Assembly (NCBI GenBank): GCA_052327205.1
Contig: CM126224.1
Span: 15,810,001 to 15,874,000, forward strand
Length of the DNA stretch: 64,000 nucleotides
From: Somniosus microcephalus
Taxonomy: Eukaryota
Direction of reading: 5' to 3'
The notes under the pieces were generated by a model. The model was not told where the DNA came from and made no database searches. It was given only the letters and a program-made list of their open reading frames with translations. Made by a program: the position numbers and the translations under genes. The stretch's first letter is position 1, and each line of letters begins with the position of its first letter. Below are positions 53,330 through 64,000 of the stretch, piece by piece.

Positions 53330-53670
53330 TAATTCCTTGCAGAGGTATGATTCCACTGGTGCAAACTGCCCTCAACCACTGGGTGGACCTGGACAGTGCG
53401 TGTTGATATGCGATTCAAACACGGGAGCATCAGCGCCAAGCCTGACCCTGTCACAAGCACCGTACCGCAGGAATCGATAATCAGTAACCAGCAGTGAAAA
53501 TCCTGACTGAGTTTTCTTCTCCTTCGTCCAGGAAGCTGGTGCGAAATATAGCATCCCTACTGGCAGCAAAGCAAAATTATCCAACCCAGATCAAGGATCC
53601 AGTGTGGAAATGTCCTGGTCTGTGTGGTTCAGCACAGGATCATTGTGTATTTACCCACTGAACCATCAGG
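53330..53670 (-). mobile_element. Unassigned tRNA-derived SINE copy
   Basis: Reverse-strand head (cctggtctgtgtggttcagcac..atttacccactgaaccatc) and core. Confidence 0.5.
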
Positions 53671-54632
53671 AAGCCAGACAACAACATGTTTAATAATGCT
53701 AGTTAAATGCAGAACTGCAACAGAGGAAGCTAATGTAATTATGTAATTGGGTCACAGTATTTGAATGTGAAAGATCAGCGAGGTGTTGTAATTATGGCTC
53801 TTGCCTGAATCCAGACTTATCTTTAAATGGTCTTTTATATATGTTAAATTAAACTAATATGAAACAGTCCTGGGAGCCAGGCACATTACCAGGATCCCCC
53901 ACAACTAAAAACAAACCACAGTGTTGGATATTTTCATGTGAACCTGACAACTAATTTAGAGAAGATAAAAGCTAAAAACTTGGTGCTATCACTTGCATTT
54001 CAGTAAATTCTATACATGAATTTATTGTGCTCTGACCACTTGAATTGTGAAAACCATCGAGTGATTCAAGTTTGCTAGGACAAAATCTTATTGTGTGTCT
54101 GCAGAAGGCGCTTAGAGCTGTGTAACAACAGGATGAAGAACGAGTGATTACAAGTCTGCCATTAGCAATGGTAACAATGGGAGCAATTTGAGCTGATGAA
54201 CTATTAACAATGCACATTGGTTTAATTCGGATTATTTTTATAGTTTGTTGATCTCAATATGCTAGATAAGCCCAGCAATAACACTAAAACTGCAGCTAGT
54301 TATCACCAGTGCCTAAATAACTCAAATTCTGTTTTTACTGCGAGGTTCCGGGATGAGTATTGTGTTTTGGATCACATTCCACAACTCTATTCATTTATAC
54401 ATAAGAACTGCAATCCAGTGGCCTTGATTATCACTTTAACAATCAGAAACTCTCCTCCTCTCCACCCCAGCAACACCTACAGTCAGAGTGTTAAGAGTTC
54501 CTTGTACATTAGATAAATATACCAAACATACTTATGCTAATTTCAAAACAGAATGATATATTCAACATGTACAAAATCGAACACTGAAATTGGGTCTAAA
54601 ATGTTATAGATGGCTAAACTGCTGAAATTCTA

Positions 54633-54896
<264 letters not shown>

Positions 54897-56077
54897 TTAG
54901 AGATAGCAAAATACTATACCACTTGTTTCCTTTTTCGCCCTTCTCCAAACATGATGCAAAACCTATCGGAGACAATTAGGGAGCGAGTCCATAACAGTCC
55001 AAATCGCACAAGGCCTAAAGGGTTCAGTGGGACAAACTGGTCTTTTCTGGTTCAATAATTGCTGCAGCAGTAAATTTCCCACCGAAGAGGTCCTCAGTAA
55101 ACTGAACCGCTTCCGATGAAAGGAGCCCACATAGAGGTGCACTGTTAGTTTTGCTAATTTCCACTTTCTAATTGACCTCACCCTTCTCCTGCCAAGTATT
55201 GTGACTTGGACTCTCAGTCAACCATCCTCAACTTAGACAAACTGCAACACCTCTGCAGACACCATTAGTACCATTTGGTGTTCTGCTTGTATCTCCTTCA
55301 ACCCTCTTCTTCACCACTTAAGTATGGACTCACTGTACTGGTTCCTAAGAATCAGCGTTATCTCCAGTAATAGAAGGTAGTTGGAGGGATATCTGTAATT
55401 ATTGACATCAGTGACTGCGGTCTTCTGGAATTTGTTCGGCTGTTTGAGGGTGAGCTAAGAGTGCTACCACTAAGCCAAGGCTGACATCTATAAAAAGCAC
55501 AATATATTATCCTGTTGTTAAGATGGCCCTGTATCTCTCCAATACCACCTGGCCCAGCTGTTGTTAAATAAACACATAGAGGTTAATCAGACTTTAATTG
55601 TTATTTAAATGGAGTAACTTTGCAGTACTTTTAACTTTCAAGCTGTGGGTCAATTGCTGGTTTTCTTCAAACAAAAAGATTGTTTTGTATCTGCAGTAAA
55701 GTATAACATGTGTGTGATAAATGTTCAATACATGCAACATTTTTAGTTAGATTTTCCTCAAAGTTTATCATTTAAGTTCTGTAGTCTCCAGAGTAGTGTC
55801 ACACTCAAGAGTAGATAGATTTCTGCAACATCACTTATGAAGTGAAGACAACAGCCTCAATGGCAACTGATGGTTGCTCTATCATTGCAACAAGCATTTC
55901 CTTAACGACAGAGAAGGAAAATTCAAAGTGCAGCTCAACAACATTGTTGCATGCAAAGAAAGCCTACTTGGGCAAGATACCAGAGGGTTGGCAGTGCCCT
56001 CGAGTCTATATCCCAGCAGAGGAGGGAATGGGAAGTTTTTTTTGTCTAAATGAAAGTAGAAATAATGTTAAATAGAA

Positions 56078-56282
56078 GAAAATAGCAAATGCTGGAAATC
56101 TAACGCAAAAACATAAAATGCTGTAAAAACACAACAGGACAGTCAGCATCTGAAAGATAACATCAAGTTAACATTTCAGGCAAGACCCTTCAAAAGGTCC
56201 TGGTGAAAGTTTACACCAGAAACATAAATCTTTTTCCTCTCAGGTGCTGATCAACCTACCATGCATTTTCTGTTTTTGTATT
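56078..56282. mobile_element. Penelope-derived palindromic element with two head-to-head decayed hammerhead cores
   Basis: Inverted arms (aaaacataaaatgctg..cagcatctgaaaga and tctcaggtgctg..gcattttctgttttt) around CTTTTGA..GAAAT on the minus strand and CTGGTGA..GAAAC on the plus strand. Confidence 0.65.
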
Positions 56283-56431
56283 TAATAAATTTAGTTTTAA
56301 ATTTGTATACAAAAGCTTTCACAATATTATAAAAATGGAGAACAGCACTAAGCCATTATTGACAATTTGCTTAAATGTCCCCAATAGCTCTCTTGCCCCA
56401 TAAAGAGTAATGAGGTCCTCCTGGTACTCAC

Positions 56432-56542
56432 ATCCATATCAAACCGGAAAGACTGTAGAGTTGGCTTTTTGTCAATGTAGCAGTTATGGAAGTACAGACT
56501 GTAAAGTCCCTGTTCGTCCTCAGTATTGATAGCAAACGAGAA
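56432..56542 (-). CDS. GPR107: GPR107 exon 8 (FSFAINTEDEQGLYSLYFHNCYIDKKPTLQSFRFDMD)
   Basis: 111 nt, AG/GTGAGT. Conserved GLYSLYFHxC motif. Confidence 0.96.
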
Positions 56543-56648
56543 CTGTACGAGAGAAAAACATATCCAGGTTTTCCCAATTAGCCAATGTGAATAAATCTGA
56601 GCAGACATTATCTAAAGCGTAAAGGACCAACTCCTAGATCCTACTTAC

Positions 56649-56702
56649 TGTGAATGAATAGGATTCATTGTTTTTCTGCAGTGAAATAGTTCTGGTTTGA
56701 TC
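56649..56702 (-). CDS. GPR107: GPR107 exon 7 (DQTRTISLQKNNESYSFT)
   Basis: 54 nt, ctttttcttctag acceptor, GTAAGT donor, phase 0/0. Positional match to human AMGEKSFSVHNNGGAVSFQ. Confidence 0.87.
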
Positions 56703-56837
56703 CTAGAAGAAAAAGAATGAGTTATTGTTTTGCTGCTGTTTTTTCATTAATGTCCAGGCCCTCTCTCGGCGCCACCAATCCTCTGAAGTCAGTGACATAT
56801 TTTGCAGCAGTCGCTCTCCAGTACCTCACTCAAGTTA

Positions 56838-57072
56838 CATAGAAACATAGAAGATAGGAGCAGGAGTAGGCCATTTGGCCCTTCGAGCCTGCTCCGCCAT
56901 TCAACGAGATCATGGCTGATCATCCAAACCCTAACACCCAGTCCCTACACCAACAGCCATCCCACCCAAGCCCTATCCCCGTAACCCTGTAACCCCACAT
57001 ATTTAATCCCCCCTAACACTAAGGGCCAATTTTTTATCATGGCCAATCAACCTAACCCGCACATCTTTGGTT
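56838..57072 (-). mobile_element. HE1-type V-SINE, 5'-truncated, with CR1-derived tail
   Basis: V-domain-like ccaaagatgtgcgggttaggttgattggccatg on the minus strand, joined to the same 3' tail as the young CR1s. Confidence 0.75.
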
Positions 57073-57480
57073 GTACGAACCTGGACAGTGAGCATCAATT
57101 TTTATATCCACCATGCTCCCTCCTCCCGCTCACCCAATCTCTCGATCCCATGCACAATCCCGAACCATAAAGTCTGGGAAGTATTGTGTGTCTGGCATTA
57201 GGCGATTATAATAATATCCCTTTATTTTGGCTGCTCTCCCTTCTCCAAGAGGTGATGCATGATAGAAGTGTCAGGCAACTATTTCCCCTCGACAATGTGT
57301 AAGTTCTGGACCAGCTGTAATGTCCGACCACAGCACATCACCAACATATAAACCTCTATCTAACATTTACGTTACGCAGTTTCCAAAGAAAAAGACCAGG
57401 CCTTCATCATTAAAGGACAGTAGAAGAAAAAGACTTGAATTTATGGCAGTCGAAATAAAAAAAACAGTATAATTACCAAC

Positions 57481-57518
57481 CTTTACTTCAGCAGCATTTG
57501 TCACAGATTTTGAGTTTG
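57481..57518 (-). CDS. GPR107: GPR107 exon 6 (A-NSKSVTNAAEVK)
   Basis: 38 nt, ttttcccttcacag acceptor, AAG/GTTGGT donor. Phase 1/0 exactly bridges exons 5 and 7. Aligns without gaps to human DGGKSKRSTVDSK. Confidence 0.8.
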
Positions 57519-58643
57519 CTGTGAAGGGAAAATAAATATGTTTCTTTAGCACAAAGTGGCATGTGGTAATGAACAGTTTTTATTATCAGTTTGTTCTGCG
57601 TTTTTTCTCAAACCTTCATCCAGGTTTTGAGCCCAGCTTTTCAATAAAACGGGAACTTGACTTATTAAAACTCCCAGGCAGTATACTCAAAGCACTGGAT
57701 TCTAATGGTACTGTGCAGAATCAGAGCTGTGCCAATCCAGAGTACCAAAAAGCAAATGAAATTGGAAATATTAAGCAGCCAAAATTTGCTTTTAATTTAT
57801 CCTCCCCAATTTAAAAAAGGGCCTTGCCAATATCCAAGGTTATCAACGAGAAACTGACCTTGGACGTTTCAATTTCCCCATCTCTCTCCACATGTTCCAC
57901 TTCCAGTCACACACTGAGCATCACATCTAAGGAATTTGTTAATAGATGTGGCTAAGCAAAATGGCTACATGTGGACCTGCTCAAAAGCTCCACTCTCTCT
58001 GGTGGGCCTCATCACTAACTAACTAGGCACACCCTACTTGAACAGGTGAAATATTGCCCTCAAGGTTAGAGATGTGCTAAACCCCAGGGACTGATCAAAT
58101 TATCCCGACCTGAAACAGTGCGCAGTTCCCATCATGCACACAACCATACTGACAGCCCTAAATGTGCATATGTATTTTGCTTTATTCTCTTTTAAAGAAA
58201 ATATAAAAGGGTGCACAGTTGAGAATTTAAGTGTACAACAATGCCATCAGTGTTCAGCTCTGGGAATTGCAAGTTATTTTGTCATACTTGGCAATAGTTA
58301 ACCTCAATTTTATCAATCCATTAAAGACACTTAATGAGGAATGAGAAAAGACCATTTGGCCAGGAAAATCGCTCCCTCTAATAGTGATCCCCATCATGGC
58401 ATCCCCAGAAACCCTAGTGGTTCTTCCCAAACTTGCAGGCTCTTAAGCCCTTTACCATCCCCCCGCTTGGGAGGTGGGGGCAAGCAGACGACCTGCATCA
58501 CTTCTTTTTCAGGGCCCCTCTCCAAGTAATTACTAGACAGTGCTCGAGTACATCTTGGGGTGACGGGATTAAAAACCTTCCTTCTTGCCTACCTTTACCA
58601 ACCACTGGAGGGGCCAAAAAAACAACATGCTTCAATTTCTTAC

Positions 58644-58801
58644 CTTTCTGCCCTTCTGCAGGATGGTCCACTGTTACATTCACCTTCTTGGGCTCTGTCT
58701 CTTTCTTCGATTCACTGCTTTTGTCCTCTGTTGGTTGGCTTCCTGCACTCCCACCATCACTGACCAGTGGCTGATTGTTGCCCGACGTCTGAACTCGAAC
58801 T
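58644..58801 (-). CDS. GPR107: GPR107 exon 5 (VRVQTSGNNQPLVSDGG...VDHPAEGQK), variable luminal linker
   Basis: 158 nt, phase 2/1, ttcccag acceptor, GTAAG donor. Starts VRV like human VRVKSP and keeps the frame. Confidence 0.88.
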
Positions 58802-58897
58802 CTGGGAACCAATAATAGATGTAAGTGGAACACCAAGGAACTGAGCTGCCACTGGCTGTAGATTCCAATGGAAGATCATTTTTTGTTGCGCACTCAC

Positions 58898-58986
58898 CGT
58901 TGATTTTGAAAGTCAAAAATGAAAAGTGTGACAGGTACACTAATGGGAGGCTTTTTCTTCAAAAAGCAAAAATCAACATCTTCTTC
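58898..58986 (-). CDS. GPR107: GPR107 exon 4 (EEDVDFCFLKKKPPISVPVTLFIFDFQNQ-R)
   Basis: 89 nt, poly-T acceptor, GTGAGT donor, phase 0/2. Aligns to human DEDVNYCILKK..VTLLILD, including the conserved Cys. Confidence 0.93.
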
Positions 58987-59409
58987 CTATTAATAAAAAA
59001 AAAAATCACCATAGCATAAAAAAAATTGTCTTTACATGGGTTATTGAACACAGGTAGAATTATCTGCAATCCTGGGAAACACTCATTGCATTCACCAAAG
59101 TGCTCCTTCTGGGGTCAGTTTTCTGCAGGTTGAAATACTTCACCTACACTTGCACCGAGTCTGACATGCGATTCATGCAGAACTCAAGCAGGAATCTGAC
59201 CGCGCAGCGTACCTCACTGGAATGTTAACTGTATTAATTCGGTACCAACTGTCGGAAGGAAACGGATTCATAGACCACCGATTTGGACAGGATGAACTTC
59301 CGATTAGGCTGGTCTCACGAAGTTGTGGGGTGAGGGGAATTAAGGAAATCAGCTTGGACCAGTCTCAAAGCAATGAGACGGCCTAGAATCCAAAAGAAAC
59401 ATTTTAAAA

Positions 59410-59830
59410 GACTTGCACCTGTTAGGTTTTGCATGATTCTCAAATGTCTCAAAGCACTTTGTACAAATTACGAGTCACTGTTGTTATTTGGGAAAACATG
59501 GCAGCCATTTGTGCACAGCAAGATTCCACAAACAGCAATGAAATACACAACCAGTTAATCTGTTTAGTGGTGTTGATTTAAGAGTTGAATGTTCACCAGG
59601 ACACAGGGAGAACTCTCTGCTCTTCTTTGAATAGTTCCACAGATCTTGGATGTTTACTTGAAGACCAGACAGCTGCGGCCACTGTTTAACATCTAATCCA
59701 AAGGTCAGCAGCCCTGACAAAAAAATGACTCCCTCAGTACTACATCATAGTGTCAGCCTAGACTGACTGCTCAAGTCCTGGATTGGGGCTTGAACACAAA
59801 ACCTTCTAAAATCAGAGGAGACTTAGGCAA
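59410..59830 (-). mobile_element. DeuSINE (SacSINE1-like), near full length
   Basis: Minus-strand Deu domain (gatgttaaac...actattcaaagaagagcagagagttctccctgtgtcctgg), tRNA-like head and L2-type tail. Confidence 0.75.
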
Positions 59831-60199
59831 ACAGACAGTACATTGGCAATATCATTCAGAAGGCACAAAATTGGCAAGCACGGAGAATGATCATAAAGAT
59901 GGCGAGAGTAGGGCATGGAAAAGCTCACAGAGGACTGTCCTTCTGAAGCGGGGGGGGGGGGCGGGGGGAGAAAAGATGTATTGTTGGGGTTTGGATTCAT
60001 GTAAGGGGCAAGTCGGATTTTCTTTTTCCACAGATGTCGCGGGGAAATGATGTACCGATCGCAAAAGGTTTTAATCATAAGTAGCCCATTCAAATATTTG
60101 TGGCATGTGACTCCAAACCTCTACTCCAAAAAATACACCCCGCCCCTCGTGGGTAAAGGCGCGGTCTATGCTGATTTGGACGATGTCAGCCAAAGACGC

Positions 60200-60460
60200 A
60201 GCTAGGGTGCTGCGCGTGGCTTCAGTGTCCTTGGCCTGAGGGAGGAGAATATCCATGTGAAATTCCTGCTACTGCTAAATAACCAGTGAACCCTGGCGAA
60301 GAGTGCACATCGGGTGAGGACAGGAGGAAGCTCTGCTGTGGTGCCTTCCAAAGTCCAATGATCTGCTTACTCTCACCAAGATCACGCAGCAAGAATGGCC
60401 ATTTGGGCAAGGTACTAGGGACTTGATGATGTTCATGGAACTGTACAAAAAAAAGACGGA
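60200..60460 (+). mobile_element. Unassigned SINE copy, antisense to GPR107
   Basis: Core ccagtgaaccctggcgaagagtgcacatcgggtgaggacagg...aagaatggccatttgggcaaggtact. Confidence 0.55.
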
Positions 60461-60511
60461 GAAACAAGAGTTAATTGCAAATTCCATCCCAAAAGCTGGT
60501 CGCTGACTTAC

Positions 60512-60562
60512 CAGATAGGATGAGAACCCATCATTCTTGGTTCTGTCCAAACTGAGCCCCAG
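60512..60562 (-). CDS. GPR107: GPR107 exon 3 (LGLSLDRTKNDGFSSYL)
   Basis: 51 nt, AG/GTAAG. Near-identical to human IGFSLDRTKNDGFSSYL, a motif that favours GPR107 over GPR108. Confidence 0.96.
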
Positions 60563-60619
60563 CTGAGATAAAATGTGAAGAAAAGGAATATGTTAGTAGG
60601 TTATAGTTAAAGAAAGAAA

Positions 60620-60985
60620 AATGCGCATTTATACAGTGACTTGCACACCTAAGGACATCGCAAAGCGCTTCACAGCCAATGGATTACTTTTGAAGTATAG
60701 GCACGGTTACGTAGACAAATGCCAACAGCCCATTCACACACAGCAAGGTCCTACAAAAAGCAATGAGATCAATGTCCAGTTGATCTGTTTTGGTCTTGGT
60801 TAAGGGATACATTTTGGCTGGTACACCCAACAACTTAACATTTATATACTGCCTTTAATGTAGGAAAGCTCCCAAGGGAAAAAAAACCCAGAGAACTCCC
60901 CAAATCCTTTTCCCAATAGTGCCATGGAATTTCTTTTTATATATGTTCACCTGACCAGGGAGTTGAGGCCTCAGTTTAACATCTC
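60620..60985 (-). mobile_element. DeuSINE (SacSINE1-like) partial
   Basis: cacacagcaaggtcctacaaaaagcaatgaga, aatagtgccatggaat and ggcctcagtttaacatctca motifs. Confidence 0.7.
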
Positions 60986-61379
60986 AAAGTTAGAAAGATT
61001 CCCCATTTCAATTAACATCATTTGAACAATCTGGAACTCATCGATGGTGCACATATATTTTTGGATACAAATGCAAGTTCTTTCTTTTATTGCCATATCA
61101 GAAAAATTCTACGAGCAAATATTTGCAAAGCTCAAACACCTTAAATGCAAGGTCTTTTCAGTAGCTTCAACAGTGTACAGGCCTGTCTAGTGGATATTGC
61201 TACTCATTCCCTTTGCAAGAATAGTAGAGGTTTCGAGGAGCAGAAGTATTGGGCTGCGGCACTGCAGCCGTTGATGATGGATCAAATATTCTTTTCAATA
61301 TTGAAGATAATCGAATGGGTTCTGTAGCTCTTCTGGTGGCAGGTTTGGTAAAGAGAGCACGTAACAGCCATGCAAATCA

Positions 61380-61710
61380 AGATTCACATTCAATTCCCAG
61401 TGCTGGCTTAAGCAATCTTAGTTTTGGTGGCAATGCGGGGTGGTGCAAGTGGCCGAGCTAAGAAATTAGAACAGCGGCCAGTATTCCCACTCCTGGTCAC
61501 ATCCCTTCGCGGAAAGTGCACCCGTGTGCAAATCAGGCGAGGACACAAGCGGGTTCGGTTGTGATGTCTCCCATAGGCGAACAGCTTGGCAACATTTGCA
61601 ATAAGAGGTCATAAATGAAGAACGACCTTCAGAACGTACCAGCACCCATGGGCCGAATCGTAGCATGAATCAGATTGTTCAGGAGAGTAGGGGAGAAAAT
61701 TGAGGGGGAA
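61380..61710 (+). mobile_element. Unassigned SINE copy
   Basis: ggaaagtgcacccgtgtgcaaatcaggcgaggac...ggttgtgatgtc core. Confidence 0.5.
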
Positions 61711-61864
61711 ATATGCTGCAATGGAGGAACAATTAGCAGCTCTGGGGTCTACATACTATTGTTTTCTTAGGGCTGAAGTCCAATTACTTATCACAGAATA
61801 TTTTTTGTCTGCTCCAGTTATCTCAAGACACAGACATGCTGGGACATGGATGACAAGGTAATTA

Positions 61865-62730
61865 GGGATGATGAAGGCTAATCAGCCCATCTTAGTACAT
61901 CCATCCAGAAAGGTCTGACATTCCCCCATCACAGCATTTAATTGGTTCTTAAATTATTCCCAGGTTTCCACCTCCATGACTATCTGGAAGTCCATGCCAT
62001 AGGTTTAATCGCTGTGTGAAGAACTTCCTGATATCAGTACAGGAAACTGTGTGTTATCTGGAGGCTAAATGTCCAGCAAGCTCGAGCCACCGGCAAAAAT
62101 CAGGAGCCGTTTTGTTAGGTTTTTTTTCCTTCTCGTGGCTTTTTTTTCCCCCAACAGTCAGGCTCTGCAAAGTCTCTCTGAAGCTGTTGCTAAGCGACAG
62201 AGATGCTTCCAAGGTACGGCCGACTGTTTAGAAGCTGTTGCTGAGCAAGTGTTTGTTGCCAGATATGGCGTATGCTTCAACATTAACGCTGGTTTGTCCG
62301 GCAGTTTTGAGGGAACGGCAACAGCTCCAGCTCGGTCCCGTCGGTGCCGGATAGCACAAAGTTTCCTGTAGTAACTTCAGCTTTTACTACTTTGAACCTC
62401 TGTCCACTTGTTCTACACTCAGAATTTAAAGTAATATTCTGGATTTACCTTTTTCATTGTGTTTACTGTCTATATATCTCTCTGTGGAAGATCCACGCGG
62501 ATATCTCTTTTCCAGGCTGAAAACCTCAAGTTCCTGCAATCTCCCCTTGTGGCTTAGATCTTTGACACTAGGGACCAGCCTTGTGGTCCTTTGCTGCACT
62601 GCCTCCAACACCTGAATGCCCCCCTTATGTCTCAGTGACCAGGACTGGACACGTTACTCAAGCTGCAGCCTGACCAGGACTTGCTCGGACTTGTATTCTA
62701 CTGTTTTGCTATGTAGTTCAACATTCTCTC
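61865..62730 (-). mobile_element. Old CR1 3' fragment interrupted by MITE copy C
   Basis: LEAVQQRTTRLVPSVKDLSHKGRLQELEVFSLEKR motif. The CR1 sequence continues on both sides of 62040-62368. Confidence 0.75.
62040..62368. mobile_element. Tigger/pogo-like MITE, copy C
   Basis: TA-CAGGAAACTGTGTGTTATCTGG ... CCGGATAGCACAAAGTTTCCTG-TA. Confidence 0.85.
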
Positions 62731-62769
62731 AGCTTTGTTGATTGCTGTTCTGCATTAGTTGGGCATGTT

Positions 62770-63240
62770 GGGCAGGAGTTTCTGCTCGGTTGCACTGCTT
62801 TTTTCAGCGCAATTCGCTCGAAATCGGCCAAACCAGTGTAAAAAAAAACGAGGAATTTCAAGTGCGAAACATTCATCACAAATTGAGTTTCCGCGATCTT
62901 TTGCGCTACTTTAAAAGACATCGCGCTAAAAGCCAGCCCCACCCACAAAATTGGTCATGCCCCCAGATCGAATGAATCACCATGGTGAGTTTCCGCTAAT
63001 TGTGCCCATTTGCGGGCCTTCGCGGAGGCTCTAAAAATTAAGCTTTTTATTGGCACAAGGGCACTAATAGGCACCTTTTTAAAAGCTTTTGAATATATTT
63101 TTTTAATTTACTAAGAAACTGACCAATGTAATGAGTAGATGGCTCTGTATAATTTTTTTAAGTCATTTTCAGTTATTTAAAAATCGGGTTAATCACAGTT
63201 GGTGGACTAGACACGCTGATTAAAAATATTTATTTTTTGT
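62770..63240. mobile_element. Harbinger-like MITE fragment
   Basis: Starts GGGCAGGAGTTTC, with a CpG-rich arm followed by an AT-rich tract as in 33384. No right TIR found. Confidence 0.4.
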
Positions 63241-63792
63241 GATATCCCATTTTGAAATTGGGACCTTTGTGGTCGAAATGGCAGAAGACAAGGCAGTGCA
63301 TTTCACAGCAGTGACATCAGGTACAGTTAGTATTACAACAATCAATACAAAAAATTCGTATCAATGTCACAGATTCAAGATCAGTCAGCAATACGATAAA
63401 ACTACTGGAGATTGCTGCTGCAAAAGGTCTTGATGTACCAACAATGGAGACGCCGGCATTTTACACATCTCAGTGTCAACAGTGGAACCCGAGTACGCAA
63501 TGATTGCTCTCAACATACAGCATCGTTAATGCAACAACCATCCCATCTCTACATAATAGCGCAAAGAATCCTAAACTCTCAACAAAAGCAACTAACTTTT
63601 CTTTTAGAACAAAGGCACCAGGGTTTGTTGCAAGAAAAACACACATCGGGATAGTGGTAGATTACACAGAATAAACCAATCATCATTGCGGCTGAAATAA
63701 CCCACACCTGATCCAGCCCACACCAGGGGACTGTTTTCCTCTCCATAAACCATTTCTACCTGATAAATGTTCCTACAAGGGAGTGAAAATTA

Positions 63793-63999
<207 letters not shown>

Positions 64000-64000
64000 A

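Noticed and set aside
57859-57900. Alternative exon 6 candidate encoding GKLKRP with a GTCAGT donor
   Set aside because: The upstream sequence is purine-rich with no acceptor, and the phase does not join exon 7.

Overview
Vertebrate genomic DNA, most likely from a cartilaginous fish, judged from HE1-type V-SINE, SacSINE1-like DeuSINE and shark-type CR1/L2 repeats. The whole window lies inside one minus-strand gene, GPR107 (GOST/LUSTR-family Golgi 7TM protein). I can read 16 consecutive internal coding exons, numbered 2-17 by analogy to human, from 63939 down to 12127. All have GT-AG boundaries and consistent phases, and together give 1457 nt (485 codons + 2 nt). The first and last coding exons were not found and presumably lie outside the window. 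The introns are filled with CR1, L2 and other CR1-group LINE fragments (two clean nested insertions), several SINE families, Tigger/pogo-like and Harbinger-like MITEs, a probable solo LTR, and Penelope-derived palindromic elements with decayed hammerhead ribozyme cores. I see no wholly new gene system. The best leads are the missing furin site in this GPR107, the hammerhead-bearing palindromes, and a MITE family with micro-inversions and RFX-like palindromes. Exon coordinates are exact. Most repeat boundaries and family names are by-eye and approximate.
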